From assembly GCA_002336855.1 (NCBI GenBank), contig DDEV01000116.1, forward strand, positions 1,039-65,038: a DNA stretch of 64,000 bases. The letters run 5' to 3'. The notes beneath the pieces are model-generated. The model did not search any database. It saw only the letters and a list, made by a program, of their open reading frames with translations, and had not been told where the DNA came from. Position 1 is the first letter of the stretch; each line of letters begins with the position of its first letter. This DNA is from Leucobacter sp. UBA1945 (lineage in GTDB: Bacteria > Actinomycetota > Actinomycetes > Actinomycetales > Microbacteriaceae). Of the stretch, positions 11,444 through 22,402 are shown piece after piece. The translations under genes and the position numbers were made by a program.

Positions 11444-11959
11444 TCAGAGCAGGCGTGACCTGATGAGAAAGCGCTTGCCCTCGGGTGCCTCGAGCGAGAA
11501 GCCACTGCCGCGGCCCGGGACAACGTCAACGGTAAGATGCGTGTGCGCCCAGACCGCGAACTGCTCGCGCGACATCCAAAACCCGATCTCTCGTGGCGGC
11601 GCCAAGGTCGGGGCATGAGAAGGGGCCCGCAGTTCGAGTGTTCCGAGCAATACGTCCTGCCCTCCGATCTTGAATTCTCCGGCCGGGTAGCACATCGGCG
11701 AGCTGCCGTCGCAGCAGCCCCCCGATTGGTGGAACATGAGCGGCCCGTGCAGCTCCCAGAGCCGGTTGATGAGGTCTAGTGCTGCTGGCGTGAAAGCCAA
11801 CCGGCTTTCGAGCTCGCCCTCGACCTCGGGGCGCGCTGCGACCGCTTCGGGATCAAGTGGGCCGAGCGTGCCGGCATCAGCTTGGCCGAGGCCAGCTGGG
11901 CCGGTGCCGAGCTCGCAAGAATCATCTTCCTGCGCGGCTGCGGGCGTGGCGTCGGACAT
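11444..11959 (-). CDS. DUF779-family protein
   Basis: HGPLMFHQSGGCCDGSSPMCYP and GRGSGFSLEAPEG. Confidence 0.9.
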   Translation of the reverse strand: MSDATPAAAQEDDSCELGTGPAGLGQADAGTLGPLDPEAVAARPEVEGELESRLAFTPAALDLINRLWELHGPLMFHQSGGCCDGSSPMCYPAGEFKIGGQDVLLGTLELRAPSHAPTLAPPREIGFWMSREQFAVWAHTHLTVDVVPGRGSGFSLEAPEGKRFLIRSRLL

Positions 11960-12056
11960 AGCAATCTCCGTTTCTGAGCGGTGGCCGGTGTCGGGCGGTG
12001 GCCGGTTTGAGTCGCTGGTTGGTTACGAGCGGCAACTTCGTGCAGGGTGTGCGGGC

Positions 12057-12096
12057 GGCACCTCGCTCCGGAACCCATGGGTCCGGGCGGGGTGCC
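12057..12096. other. GC-rich intergenic hairpin between aldehyde dehydrogenase and DUF779
   Basis: GGCACC/GGTGCC, CCGGA/TCCGG and ACCC/GGGT nested arms; no U tract. Confidence 0.5.
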
Positions 12097-12123
12097 GGCC
12101 CGATAGCAGCGTGCGCCTCCGGC

Positions 12124-13647
12124 TTAGAAGAAGCCGTCGACTGTCTCCTGGTAGCTCACCAGCAGGTTCTTCGTCTGCTGGTAGTGGTCGAGCATCATCA
12201 GGTGGTTCTCACGACCAATACCGCTCGACTTGTAGCCGCCGAACGCTGCGTGCGCGGGATAAGCGTGGTAATTGTTCACCCACACGCGCCCAGCCTCGAT
12301 CGCACGGCCCGCACGGTAAGCCGTGTTGCCGTTGCGGCTCCACACCCCAGCCCCGAGTCCGTACAGCGTGTCGTTCGCAATGCGCACGGCATCGTCGAAG
12401 TCGGTGAACGTCGTCGCCGAGACCACGGGGCCGAAGATCTCCTCCTGGAAGATGCGCATTGAGTTATCGCCGCGAAAGATGGTCGGCTGAATATAGAAGC
12501 CGCCCGAGAGCTCGCCCCCGAGGTCGGCAATCCCGCCGCCCGTCAGCAGTTTGGCGCCCTCCTGCCGCCCGATATCGAGATAGGATTTGATCTTTTCAAA
12601 TTGGTCGTTCGAGGCCTGCGCGCCCATCATCGTCTCGGTGTCGAGCGGGTTCCCCCGCACGATGCGCTGCGTGCGCTCCACCACCGCATCGAGGAAGTCG
12701 TCGGCGATTGACTCCTGGATCAGTGCGCGCGACGGGCACGTGCACACCTCTCCCTGGTTCAAGGCAAACATGCTAAAGCCCTCCTGGGCCTTCTGCCAGT
12801 ACGCATCATCCTGGGCCATCACATCGTCGAAGAAGAGGTTGGGGCTCTTCCCTCCAAGCTCGAGTGTCACCGGGATGATGTTCTCGGTGGCGTACTGCAT
12901 AATCAGACGTCCGGTGGTGGTTTCGCCCGTAAACGCGATCTTGCGAATTCGCGGGCTCGTAGCCAACGGTTTGCCCGCCTCAACGCCGAAGCCGTTTACG
13001 ATGTTCACCACGCCCGGGGGCAGCAGGTCACCGATCAGCTCGAAGAGCACCAAAATTGATGCGGGCGTCTGCTCGGCGGGCTTGATCACCACGCAGTTGC
13101 CCGCGGCCAGCGCCGGTGCGAGCTTCCAGGTCGCCATGAGGATCGGAAAGTTCCAAGGGATGATCTGTCCGACGACTCCGAGCGGCTCATGGAAGTGATA
13201 GGCAACGAGATCCTCGTTGATCTGAGAAATACCGCCCTCCTGCGCACGAATCGCCCCTGCAAAGTAACGGAAGTGATCGATTGCGAGCGGAATGTCTGCG
13301 TTGAGAGTTTCGCGCACCGCCTTGCCATTGTCCCAAGTTTCGGCCACCGCGATCATCTCGAGGTGCTGTTCGATGCGGTCCGCGATGCGGTTGAGAATCA
13401 CGGCACGCTCGGCGGGGCTCGTCTTCGTCCACGTCGCAGCGGCGGCATGTGCCGCGTCCAGCGCGGCATCGATGTCTTCCGCGGTTCCGCGGGCAACCTC
13501 GCAAAACACCTTCCCGGTCACCGGGGTCACGTTTTCGAAATACTGGCCGCGCACCGGGGGCACCCATTGCCCGCCGATGTAGTGCTCGTAGCGGCTCCGG
13601 AATGTGACGAGTGAATCCGGCTGACCCGGAGATGCGTATACGGTCAT
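12124..13647 (-). CDS. aldB: NAD-dependent (acet)aldehyde dehydrogenase, AldB/ExaC type
   Basis: [40 protein letters not shown]. Confidence 0.92.
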   Translation of the reverse strand: MTVYASPGQPDSLVTFRSRYEHYIGGQWVPPVRGQYFENVTPVTGKVFCEVARGTAEDIDAALDAAHAAAATWTKTSPAERAVILNRIADRIEQHLEMIAVAETWDNGKAVRETLNADIPLAIDHFRYFAGAIRAQEGGISQINEDLVAYHFHEPLGVVGQIIPWNFPILMATWKLAPALAAGNCVVIKPAEQTPASILVLFELIGDLLPPGVVNIVNGFGVEAGKPLATSPRIRKIAFTGETTTGRLIMQYATENIIPVTLELGGKSPNLFFDDVMAQDDAYWQKAQEGFSMFALNQGEVCTCPSRALIQESIADDFLDAVVERTQRIVRGNPLDTETMMGAQASNDQFEKIKSYLDIGRQEGAKLLTGGGIADLGGELSGGFYIQPTIFRGDNSMRIFQEEIFGPVVSATTFTDFDDAVRIANDTLYGLGAGVWSRNGNTAYRAGRAIEAGRVWVNNYHAYPAHAAFGGYKSSGIGRENHLMMLDHYQQTKNLLVSYQETVDGFF

Positions 13648-13724
13648 GATGAGCTCCTCTGACTTCGTTGTCGAACCTGGAGCGCCCACTCGCGCCCCGG
13701 TGCGACGACGCTATCTCCGCAGGG

Positions 13725-13762
13725 GTTGCGCCGCCGTTGCGGCAACGTTGCATCTGCGTTGC
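13725..13762 (-). promoter_or_regulatory. Four GCAAC repeats with 11-bp period upstream of aldB
   Basis: Plus-strand GTTGC at 13725, 13736, 13747 and 13758. Confidence 0.7.
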
Positions 13763-13820
13763 ACTACTAGCCACTGCGCGGGCCTACCCTGCGCTGCGCA
13801 GCTTCAAGCGCCGTGCCGGC

Positions 13821-15167
13821 TCAGCGCCGCAACTGCTCCAGTCGAGCGACGACCCGCGCGCGTTTCGGCGAAAGCTGCGGCAGCACCTGCAGGAGCGTCT
13901 GCCAGACCTGCGCATCTTCCTCAGCCCAGTGCTGCGCGTATTCGAACAGCAGATCTGGTGCCGCGGATTGCAGCATCGATTCACGCAGGGTGGCTTCGAG
14001 CTCGCCGCGCAGCTCTACTACGATCGGCGATTCGGAGCCGATGAGCACCGGGCCGCCGTAGCTCGCCAGCGCGAGCCGATGCGCCCCCCGAGCGATCGCG
14101 GCGAGCGCATCGGTCGCGTCGACTTGCAGGAGACCATCGAGGCGGTAGGGGCGTGACTCGAGGCCCAACTGCACCCCGTGCACGGAGAAGAATTTGCGGA
14201 GCCGCACGAGCTCCGCCCGCAGCGTCTCTTGACTCTCGCGCTCCCCATAGACCTGTTGGGCGAGCGCAGCAGCGCTGAGCCCCTGCGGCGAGGTTGAGAG
14301 GGCGAGCAGGATCTCCGCGTGCCGGCGGGCGAGTTCGAGCAAGGCGACGCCGGTATCAAGCACGGCCTGCTCGCGGCCCATCACAATGAGCCTCGGCGAG
14401 ATCGCAGCAGAGGCTCGGGGCCTGCCTGCGGACCGCTGCGGTTGTCGCGGCTCTGAGGTGCGTCTGCGCTCTTGCTCGACCCTGCGACGCATCGCCTCGA
14501 GTTTGAGTTCAGCCTCGACCGCGTGCCGCGTAGCCTCCACAAGCGGGAGCACGTGCGGCTCTGCGATGGCCTCACCCCCCGTGATGTCGATCACCCCGAG
14601 AATCGCCCCCGTCTCTGGGTCGTGCACCGGGGTCGCTGCGCAGCTCCATTGGTGCACCGCACGGCTGAAGTGCTCGGCACCGAACACTTGCATAGGGTGT
14701 CCGAGCGCAAGTGCGCTGCCCGGAGCGCTCGTTCCCACGGAGCGCTCGGACCAGTCCGTCCCCGCAACGAAGCCGATGTCTTCGGCCTTGGCACGGAGCT
14801 GCCGATCTCCGTCCACCCAGAGCAGCCGGCCCTGCGCGTCGCCCACGGCGACGATGAAGCCGGAATCGGCCGCTTCGTCGAGCAGCAACCGTTCGAGCAC
14901 CGGAAGCGCCGCCGCGATCGGGTGGATACGACGGAGCTCCCGCAGTTCGTCGGCGCTGAGCGGCACCGCCCCAGGCTCCGCATTTGGGTCGATGGACTGA
15001 TCGACGGAGCGCCGCCAGGACTGCAGGACAATCTCTCGGATCGAGCCCAGCGGCCCCCCGAAGCGCTGCGTCTCATTGCCAAGGAAGAGTTCGTAGGCAC
15101 GCTCGATCTCCCTGCGGCGAGCTTCAGCGGATTCGCCGCGGCGCAGCGCGCGCCACTCTCGAGACAA
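13821..15167 (-). CDS. GAF-domain transcriptional regulator (AcoR-like N-terminus, C-terminal HTH)
   Basis: SWRRS, WSERSVGTSAPG, WSCAATPVHDP, RHAEIL; TTG start after GAAGGAG. Confidence 0.85.
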   Translation of the reverse strand: MSREWRALRRGESAEARRREIERAYELFLGNETQRFGGPLGSIREIVLQSWRRSVDQSIDPNAEPGAVPLSADELRELRRIHPIAAALPVLERLLLDEAADSGFIVAVGDAQGRLLWVDGDRQLRAKAEDIGFVAGTDWSERSVGTSAPGSALALGHPMQVFGAEHFSRAVHQWSCAATPVHDPETGAILGVIDITGGEAIAEPHVLPLVEATRHAVEAELKLEAMRRRVEQERRRTSEPRQPQRSAGRPRASAAISPRLIVMGREQAVLDTGVALLELARRHAEILLALSTSPQGLSAAALAQQVYGERESQETLRAELVRLRKFFSVHGVQLGLESRPYRLDGLLQVDATDALAAIARGAHRLALASYGGPVLIGSESPIVVELRGELEATLRESMLQSAAPDLLFEYAQHWAEEDAQVWQTLLQVLPQLSPKRARVVARLEQLRR

Positions 15168-15393
15168 CGACGGCTCCTTCCACGTACGGAATGCAGCCGA
15201 GTCTAGGCCGCACGCATGGCTTCGTCCACCGACTCGCCGCGACATCCCAGGCTTTGCCGGGCCGCGATCCGCGGCGCCCAGGCGAACCTCAGGAGAGCAC
15301 ACCGCAGCCCACCCCGTAAGTCGTGACGGCAGATTATGTAAAGCAGGCCACGAACGGTTTCGAAAGTCGAGGATCGGCACCTGTGAGGTTGGG

Positions 15394-16191
15394 TCATGCC
15401 ACCGTGTTACGTAAAATGCCGATGCCTGATACCTCGACCTCAACCGAGTCACCGGCCTCGAGCTTGCCGACACCCGCGGGGGTGCCGGTCAAGATCACGT
15501 CGCCGGGCAGCAGCGTGAACGCTTCAGAGGCGTGCGCCACGATCCTCGCGACTGAGTGAATCAGGTGCGCCGTTGAACTGCTCTGCCGCACCTCGCCGTT
15601 CACTCGAGTCTCGATGTGCGCGTCGGCGAGATCGAGGTCGGTCTCGATGACGGGGCCGAGCGGGCAGAAAGTATCGAAACCCTTGGCACGCGTCCACTGA
15701 CCGTCTTTCACTTGCAAGTCGCGAGCACTCACGTCGTTTGCACAGGTGAAGCCGAACACGACCTGCATGGCACGCTCGACCGGTACCTCTTTCGCCACCG
15801 CACCGATGACGACCGCGAGTTCACCTTCGTATTCGACCTGCTCAGAGATGGCGGGCCGCACGATCGTCTCGCCTGGGCCGATCACCGAGGTGTTGGGCTT
15901 TAGAAACAGCAGCGGCTCAGCTGGCGGCTCGGCGGTGCCGATGCCCGTCACGTCTTTCATCTCTTCGACGTGATCGAGGTAGTTTTTGCCGACGCACACG
16001 ATTTTTGAGCGCGGGATCACCGGGGCCAGCAGCCGCACCTCGCCAAAGGGTATGCGGCGGCCGGTGGTGTCGAAGCCGCTCGCCATCGGGTCGCCGAGCA
16101 ACTCGACGATCTCGACGCCCTCGCCGTTTTCTGCTTGGTCGAGAATGCCGAAACCGATCTCGCCTTCGTAGCTGAAGCGCGCAACCTTCAT
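15394..16191 (-). CDS. Fumarylacetoacetate hydrolase-family protein
   Basis: VGKNY, FLKP, EGELAVVIG, NDVSARD, RAKGFDTF, TGTPAG. Confidence 0.93.
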   Translation of the reverse strand: MKVARFSYEGEIGFGILDQAENGEGVEIVELLGDPMASGFDTTGRRIPFGEVRLLAPVIPRSKIVCVGKNYLDHVEEMKDVTGIGTAEPPAEPLLFLKPNTSVIGPGETIVRPAISEQVEYEGELAVVIGAVAKEVPVERAMQVVFGFTCANDVSARDLQVKDGQWTRAKGFDTFCPLGPVIETDLDLADAHIETRVNGEVRQSSSTAHLIHSVARIVAHASEAFTLLPGDVILTGTPAGVGKLEAGDSVEVEVSGIGILRNTVA

Positions 16192-16200
16192 GCTGGGCGC

Positions 16201-17307
16201 CTACGCGGTCGCCGCAACGTCGGCGGCAACGATCTGATGCACCCAGCCATGCGGGTCTGCGACGGTGCCGAACTGAATGCCGGTGAGCTCTTCGCGCAGC
16301 GACATGGTGAGCTCGCCGGGAGCACGATCACCGAAGTCGACCAGTGTGCCGCTCGCGGCCTTCAGCGCGCCGATCGGGGTGATCACTGCAGCGGTGCCGC
16401 ACGCGAATGCCTCGACGATCGATCCGTCTGCAGCGCCCTCGCGCCACTCGCTCACGGTCACCTCGCGTTCGTCGACGCTCAACCCGCGATCTTTCGCGAG
16501 CTGGATCAGGCTGCGGCGCGTGATGCCATCGAGAATGTTGCCATTGAGCGCCGGGGTAACGAGGTTGCCGTCTGCGCGCACGAGAAACAGGTTCATGCCG
16601 CCGAGCTCGTCGATCTGGTCTTTGGTTGCCGCGTCGGTGAAGAGCACCTGCGCGCAGCCGTTCTCTTGCGCAACCCGTGTGGGCAGCAGCGATGCGGCAT
16701 AGTTGCCGCCGCACTTCGCAGCGCCGGTGCCGCCGCGGCCCGCGCGAGCGTGCTCTTCCGAGAGCCAGATCGAGACGGGCTTCACACCACCGGTGAAGTA
16801 GGGGCCCGCCGGGCTTGCGATGACCATGAAGCGCGCCTTCTCTGCCGCGCGCACGCCGAGAAAGCTCTCATCAGAGATCATGAAGGGGCGCAGGTACAGG
16901 CTCTGGTCTTCACGCGAAGGCACCCAGTCGACATCGACGCGCACGAGCTCTTCGAGCGCGCGCACGAACAGCTCTTCTGGCAGTTCGGGCAGGGCGAGAC
17001 GCTTCGCGCTCTCGTTCATTCGCTGCGCATTCGCCTCGGGGCGGAAAGTCACGACGTTGCCATTCTGGTGTCGGTACGCCTTGATGCCCTCGAAGATCTC
17101 TTGGCCGTAGTGCAACACCGACGCCGCGGGATCCATGGCGATCGGACCGTAGGGCATCACCTTGGCATCGTGCCACCCCTGCTCACGGGTCCACGAAATC
17201 GAGACCATATGATCCGTGAACACTTTTCCGAAGCCGGGGTCGACGAGCGCTGCTTCGCGCTCGGCAACGCTGCGCCTGGTTGCCGGTTGATGACTGAACT
17301 CGAGCAT
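16201..17307 (-). CDS. ilvE: Branched-chain amino acid aminotransferase
   Basis: HYGQEIFEGIKAYR, AKCGGNY, LDGITR, CGTAAVITP. Confidence 0.96.
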   Translation of the reverse strand: MLEFSHQPATRRSVAEREAALVDPGFGKVFTDHMVSISWTREQGWHDAKVMPYGPIAMDPAASVLHYGQEIFEGIKAYRHQNGNVVTFRPEANAQRMNESAKRLALPELPEELFVRALEELVRVDVDWVPSREDQSLYLRPFMISDESFLGVRAAEKARFMVIASPAGPYFTGGVKPVSIWLSEEHARAGRGGTGAAKCGGNYAASLLPTRVAQENGCAQVLFTDAATKDQIDELGGMNLFLVRADGNLVTPALNGNILDGITRRSLIQLAKDRGLSVDEREVTVSEWREGAADGSIVEAFACGTAAVITPIGALKAASGTLVDFGDRAPGELTMSLREELTGIQFGTVADPHGWVHQIVAADVAATA

Positions 17308-17356
17308 GGTCTTTCACTTTCTGCCGCGAGAAACCGCGGCCGTGGTAGGTAGAAGT

Positions 17357-18418
17357 CTAGGATCTCGGCGGCAGCTGTGCGATGATCGCGTCACCGATGC
17401 TCGCCGTGGGACGGGCACCGTCTGCTTTCGTCGCGAGGTCTGCCTGCACCGCCGCGCGCACGCGATCGGCCTCAGCAGCAAGCCCGAGATGGTCGAGCAT
17501 GATGGCTGCTGAGAGAATTGCAGCGGTCGGGTCGGCCAGCTGCTTCCCTGCGATGTCGGGAGCTGAGCCGTGGACCGGTTCGAACATGCTCGGAAACTCA
17601 CCGGTGGGATTGATGTTGCCACTGGCTGCGAGCCCAATGCCGCCGCCGATAGCGCCGGCCAGATCAGTGAGAATATCACCGAACAGGTTGTCGGTCACGA
17701 TCACATCGAAGCGTGCGGGGTCTTGCACCATGAAGATGGTGGCAGCGTCGACGTGCATGTAGTCGACTGCGACATCGGGGTGCTCTGCGGCGACCGTCTC
17801 GACGACGCGCTGCCAGATTGCGCCAGCGTGCACGAGCACGTTGGTCTTGTGCACCCAGGTCAGCTTCTTGCGGGGTCGCTTCTCTGCCATCTCGAAGGCG
17901 TACCGCACCACGCGTTCAACACCGTACGCGGTGTTCACCGAGACCTCCGTCGCCACCTCTGCGGGGGTGCCCGCACGCAGGCGGCCGCCGTTGCCGGCGT
18001 AGGGGCCCTCGGTGCCCTCGCGGACCACGACGAAATCGACCTCGCCGGGGTTCGCGAGTGTACTGGCAACTCCGGGGTACAGCCGGCACGGACGCACGTT
18101 GGCGTAGTGATCGAAGTCGAAGCGAAGCTTCAGCAGCAGGCCGCGCTCGATGTTTGCATTCTTGAGGCGAACATCACCGGGCGCTCCCCCGACCGCGCCG
18201 AAGAGAATCGCATCGTGCGCGGCGAGCGCGTCTTGCTCTGCCCCGGGAAGCGTCTCACCGGTCTCGAGATAGCGCTCTGCCCCGAGCTTGAACTCCGTGC
18301 GCTCGAGTGCCACATCGCCACCGACGAGAACCGCATCGAGCACGCGGTTCGCCTCGCGAATGACCTCGGGCCCGATCCCGTCGCCTGGAATGACTGCGAG
18401 CTTGATGGTTCGTGGCAC
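17357..18418 (-). CDS. leuB: 3-isopropylmalate dehydrogenase
   Basis: [29 protein letters not shown]. Confidence 0.95.
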   Translation of the reverse strand: MPRTIKLAVIPGDGIGPEVIREANRVLDAVLVGGDVALERTEFKLGAERYLETGETLPGAEQDALAAHDAILFGAVGGAPGDVRLKNANIERGLLLKLRFDFDHYANVRPCRLYPGVASTLANPGEVDFVVVREGTEGPYAGNGGRLRAGTPAEVATEVSVNTAYGVERVVRYAFEMAEKRPRKKLTWVHKTNVLVHAGAIWQRVVETVAAEHPDVAVDYMHVDAATIFMVQDPARFDVIVTDNLFGDILTDLAGAIGGGIGLAASGNINPTGEFPSMFEPVHGSAPDIAGKQLADPTAAILSAAIMLDHLGLAAEADRVRAAVQADLATKADGARPTASIGDAIIAQLPPRS

Positions 18419-18503
18419 GGGTGCTCCTTCTGCGTCTTTGGGGTGCGTTCATTAGCTTAGCGCCCGATAAGCGAACCGGCGGCGAGCCCGTGAAAAGTCG
18501 CCC

Positions 18504-18533
18504 TTGCGCCCCCTCGTTAAATGTGGATAGTGT
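18504..18533 (+). promoter_or_regulatory. Candidate sigma-A promoter for leader ORF and ABC exporter
   Basis: TTGCGC-N18-TAGTGT. Confidence 0.55.
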
Positions 18534-18572
18534 GAATCCTTGTAATCCCTACGACCCGGAAAGGAGCAGGCC

Positions 18573-18635
18573 ATGATCGATAACCGTGCATTCGCGGCCC
18601 CTGCTCTTCCGGGCAACCCGCTGACCGGACACTAG
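18573..18635 (+). CDS. Putative 20-aa leader peptide [20 protein letters not shown]
   Basis: Strong RBS GAAAGGAG 6 nt before ATG; ends TAG 76 nt before the ABC gene; below the ORF-track size cutoff. Confidence 0.6.
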   Translation: MIDNRAFAAPALPGNPLTGH

Positions 18636-18711
18636 ACAGCGCGGCCACCGCCGCCCCACGTTCTCCATCTTCAGCTTCTGCGCCGTCGGCGCACCTCTTC
18701 TTTCAGGGATC

Positions 18712-20541
18712 ATGACTTCTTCGTCTTCACCACCGTCTTCACTTTCGCTCGCTCGTTCGCTCGCGAGGCTGTACCCGTTCGCGAAGCCAGCGCTGCCTCG
18801 CGTGATCGGCGGCGTTGTCGCGGCGCTTATCGCCTCGCTCGCCAGCCTTGCCATTCCGGTCGTTCTGCAGTGGGTCGTCGACGGCCCCCTGCTCACAGGC
18901 GACCGCACCCTGATCGTATGGTCGACACTCGCGGTGCTCGGGCTCGGAGTGGCCGAAGCGCTCTTCATCTTTCTGCGTCGCGCATTCGTGCTGCGGCCGA
19001 TGACCGAGGTCGAGTTCGCGATTCGCCAAACGTTCTACGAGCGGCTGCAGCGACTGCAGGTGTCGTTTCACGACCGCTGGCAGTCGGGCCAGCTGCTCAG
19101 CCGCATGATGCAAGACATCGGCCTGATTCGCCGCTGGCTGACCTTCGGCGCGATCATGCTGCTCGTCAACGTGCTCACGATGCTCGTCGGCACCGGCCTG
19201 CTGTTTCGCTGGCACTGGGCGCTCGGCACAGTCTTCTTCGTAGCCTCGTTGCCCATCTGGGTCGTAGGCTACCGCTTCGAGCAGGTCTACGGCGCGCTCT
19301 CACGTAAGAGCCAAGATCAGTCGGGCGACCTCGCAACCGCCGTTGAAGAGAGCGTGCACGGCATTCGCGTGCTCAAAGCGTTCGGCCGTGGTGGTCACGC
19401 GCTCGGACAGTTTCGCCGACAGGCCGAGTCGCTGCGCAGCACGGAGCTGCGCAAGGCTCGCGAGGTCGGCCTGATCTGGTTCTGGTACGACATGGTGCCG
19501 GTGCTCGCAATTGGGCTCTGCCTCATGACCGGTGTGGTGCTCGTTGGCATGCGTCAGCTCAGCGTTGGCGAGCTCTTCGCATTCTTCGCAATGGCCGCAG
19601 CGCTGCGCTGGCCGATGAACTCACTGGGCTTTCTGTTCTCGTTCATGATCGACGCTCGCACGGCTACTGACCGCGTCTTCGACGTGTTCGACGCCGAGAT
19701 CACGATCACCGACCCCGAGCATCCGCGCTCGATCGAGCGCGCCCGTGGCGAGCTCGTGTTTCGCGATGTGCACTTCAGGTTCGCCGATGCCCCTGGCAGC
19801 GAGATCGACCTGGTCAACGGGCTCAACCTCGCGCTCGTTCCCGGCGAGACACTCGCTCTCGTGGGCGCAACGGGCAGCGGCAAAACCACGCTCACGACAC
19901 TGCCCACCAGGCTGTACGACGTAACGTCGGGCTCAGTCGAGCTCGACGGTATCGACGTGCGAGAGCTGCCGCTCGAACAGCTGCGCCGACACATCGGCGT
20001 GGCATTCGAAGAGCCGATCCTCTTCTCTGCAAGCGTTCGCGAGAACGTGCTGCTCGGTCGTGACGACCTCGACGTAACCGGAGAAGAGGCGGAGCGGGTG
20101 CTGCACGAGGCGCTCGAGGTAGCGCAGGCTGGCTTCGCCTACGAACTGCCAAATGGCCTCGACACCGAGGTCGGCGAAGAGGGGCTCAGCCTGTCCGGCG
20201 GCCAGCGGCAGCGGCTCGCCCTCGCGCGTGTCGTCGCCGCACGGCCCAGTGTGCTCGTGCTCGATGACCCGCTGTCGGCGCTCGATGTCGACACCGAGGC
20301 ACTCGTCGAAGCCGCGCTACGGCGCGTGCTCGAACACACCACCGCGCTGATCGTCGCGCACCGCCCCTCGACGGTTGCTATGGCCGACCGCGTTGCGGTC
20401 ATGCAGGGCGGCGTTGTCACCGAGCTCGGCACGCACAGCGAGCTGCTGCGCACGAGTGAGCACTACCGCTACCTGGTTTCTTCACTCGAGGCTGAGCGCC
20501 CCGAACGATCTACCCGCACCGGAGAGGAGGTGTCACGATGA
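18712..20541 (+). CDS. ABC exporter subunit 1 (TMD-NBD fusion)
   Basis: Six TM helices, [21 protein letters not shown] (non-canonical Walker B). Confidence 0.93.
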   Translation: MTSSSSPPSSLSLARSLARLYPFAKPALPRVIGGVVAALIASLASLAIPVVLQWVVDGPLLTGDRTLIVWSTLAVLGLGVAEALFIFLRRAFVLRPMTEVEFAIRQTFYERLQRLQVSFHDRWQSGQLLSRMMQDIGLIRRWLTFGAIMLLVNVLTMLVGTGLLFRWHWALGTVFFVASLPIWVVGYRFEQVYGALSRKSQDQSGDLATAVEESVHGIRVLKAFGRGGHALGQFRRQAESLRSTELRKAREVGLIWFWYDMVPVLAIGLCLMTGVVLVGMRQLSVGELFAFFAMAAALRWPMNSLGFLFSFMIDARTATDRVFDVFDAEITITDPEHPRSIERARGELVFRDVHFRFADAPGSEIDLVNGLNLALVPGETLALVGATGSGKTTLTTLPTRLYDVTSGSVELDGIDVRELPLEQLRRHIGVAFEEPILFSASVRENVLLGRDDLDVTGEEAERVLHEALEVAQAGFAYELPNGLDTEVGEEGLSLSGGQRQRLALARVVAARPSVLVLDDPLSALDVDTEALVEAALRRVLEHTTALIVAHRPSTVAMADRVAVMQGGVVTELGTHSELLRTSEHYRYLVSSLEAERPERSTRTGEEVSR

Positions 20542-22364
20542 GCCCCGAGAGCGTGCAGGGTACCCGCGGCGAGGACCGCGAGAGCTACACCCGCGAAGAG
20601 AGCCGCGCCATCAGGCGCCGGTCGCTGCGCCTGCTGGGATCAATCCTGCGTCCGTTCAAGAAGCTGATCGCGCTCACGGTCATTGTGGTCGTGATCTCGG
20701 CGGTGCTTCGGGCGATCGGCCCAAGCCTGATCGCCTTCGGCATCGACGACGCCCTCCCGCTCGCTATCGAACGGGGCGACTGGTGGCCGGCCGTCGGCAT
20801 CACCGCGGCGTACCTTGTCATCGGCGGTGGTGGCGCGGCGCTCGCAGGCTGGTATGTCGTGCTCATCGCCCGCCTCACACAGTCGGTGATGATCGAGTTG
20901 CGCACCCGCATCTTCAGACACACCCAGCGGCTCAGCCTCGAGTTTCACGAGGGCTACACCTCGGGTCGTATCATCTCGCGACAGACGAGCGATCTCGAGT
21001 CGATTCAAGAGCTACTCGACGGCAGCCTCAGCGAACTCATCGACGCGGTGCTGCTCGGCGCGTTCACACTCATCGCGCTGTTCTTGATCGACTGGCGCAG
21101 CGGGCTGGTTCTCGTGGGCATGGGCGTGCCGCTCGGGCTGCTCATGTGGTGGTTCGTGATCGAATCGCAGAAGGGATTTCGTGCGACCCGCGTGGTCAGC
21201 GCGCGCCTCATTGTGCAGTTCGTCGAGACCATGACGGGCATGCGCGCCGTGCAGGCGTTTCGCCGAGAGAAGCGAAACGACCGCGTGTTCGCGAAGGTCT
21301 CTGACGACTATCGTCTGGCCAACCTACGAGTGATCAACCTCTTCGGCGTGCTCGATCCCGGCCTCGTGCTGCTGGGCAACATCACTGTTGCCGTGGTGTT
21401 GCTCTGGGGTGCGCTGCGCGTCGCTGACGGCGGGCTCGCGATCGGTGTGCTGCTCGCCGCAGTGCTCTACGTGCGCAATTTCTTCGGCCCGCTCGAAGAC
21501 GTCGCGATGTTCTTGAACTCGTATCAGTCGGCGGTTGCGGCACTCGAGAAGGTTTCGGGAGTGCTCGAAGAGTCACCCACGGTCGAGGATCCCCAGCACC
21601 CCGTCGCGCTCGGCGAGCCGAGGGGCGAGCTGCGTTTTGACGGGGTCAGCTTCGGATACAGCGGTTCGGGCAAGGGGCGCACCGTGCTGGCTGAATGCGA
21701 CCTCGCGATTCCCGCAGGGCAGACGATCGCTCTGGTCGGCACGACCGGTGCGGGCAAGTCAACCCTCGCAAAGCTCGTCGCGCGCTTCTACGACCCGACT
21801 GTTGGTCGTGTGTCGCTGGACGGCGTCGATCTGCGCGACCTCTCGCCCGAAGACCTGCGCAGGGCCATTGTGATGGTGACGCAAGAGGCGTACCTCTTCA
21901 GCGGTACCGTCGCAGAGAACATCGCGCTCGGCAAACCGTCGGCAAGCTCGGAAGAGATTCAGGCCGCGGCGCGCGCCGTCGGCGCCGACGAGTTCATCTC
22001 GAGGCTGCCAGACGGCTACGACACCGACGTGAACAAGCGCGGCGGGCGCGTTTCGGCGGGTCAGCGCCAGCTGATCTCGTTCGCGCGCGCGTTTCTCGCA
22101 AACCCGGCCGTGCTGATCCTCGACGAGGCGACGGCGTCGCTCGACCTTCCGAGCGAGCGCCTCGTGCAAGAGGCTTTGCAGACCCTGCTCGCCGACCGCA
22201 CCGCGATCATCATCGCCCACCGCCTATCGACGGTTGCGATTGCCGATCGGGTGCTGGTGATGGAACACGGTCGCGTGATCGAAGATGGCTCGCCAACTGA
22301 GCTGGTCGGCGCGGACGGCAAGTTCGCCGCGCTGCATCGCGCATGGCAGGAGTCGCTGGTTTAG
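20538..22364 (+). CDS. ABC exporter subunit 2 (TMD-NBD fusion)
   Basis: [20 protein letters not shown]; ATGA overlap; heterodimeric multidrug-type pair. Confidence 0.93.
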   Translation: MSPESVQGTRGEDRESYTREESRAIRRRSLRLLGSILRPFKKLIALTVIVVVISAVLRAIGPSLIAFGIDDALPLAIERGDWWPAVGITAAYLVIGGGGAALAGWYVVLIARLTQSVMIELRTRIFRHTQRLSLEFHEGYTSGRIISRQTSDLESIQELLDGSLSELIDAVLLGAFTLIALFLIDWRSGLVLVGMGVPLGLLMWWFVIESQKGFRATRVVSARLIVQFVETMTGMRAVQAFRREKRNDRVFAKVSDDYRLANLRVINLFGVLDPGLVLLGNITVAVVLLWGALRVADGGLAIGVLLAAVLYVRNFFGPLEDVAMFLNSYQSAVAALEKVSGVLEESPTVEDPQHPVALGEPRGELRFDGVSFGYSGSGKGRTVLAECDLAIPAGQTIALVGTTGAGKSTLAKLVARFYDPTVGRVSLDGVDLRDLSPEDLRRAIVMVTQEAYLFSGTVAENIALGKPSASSEEIQAAARAVGADEFISRLPDGYDTDVNKRGGRVSAGQRQLISFARAFLANPAVLILDEATASLDLPSERLVQEALQTLLADRTAIIIAHRLSTVAIADRVLVMEHGRVIEDGSPTELVGADGKFAALHRAWQESLV

Positions 22365-22402
22365 CGAGCGCGGTCGGGTTACAAGACGCCTAGGCTTGGG
22401 GC

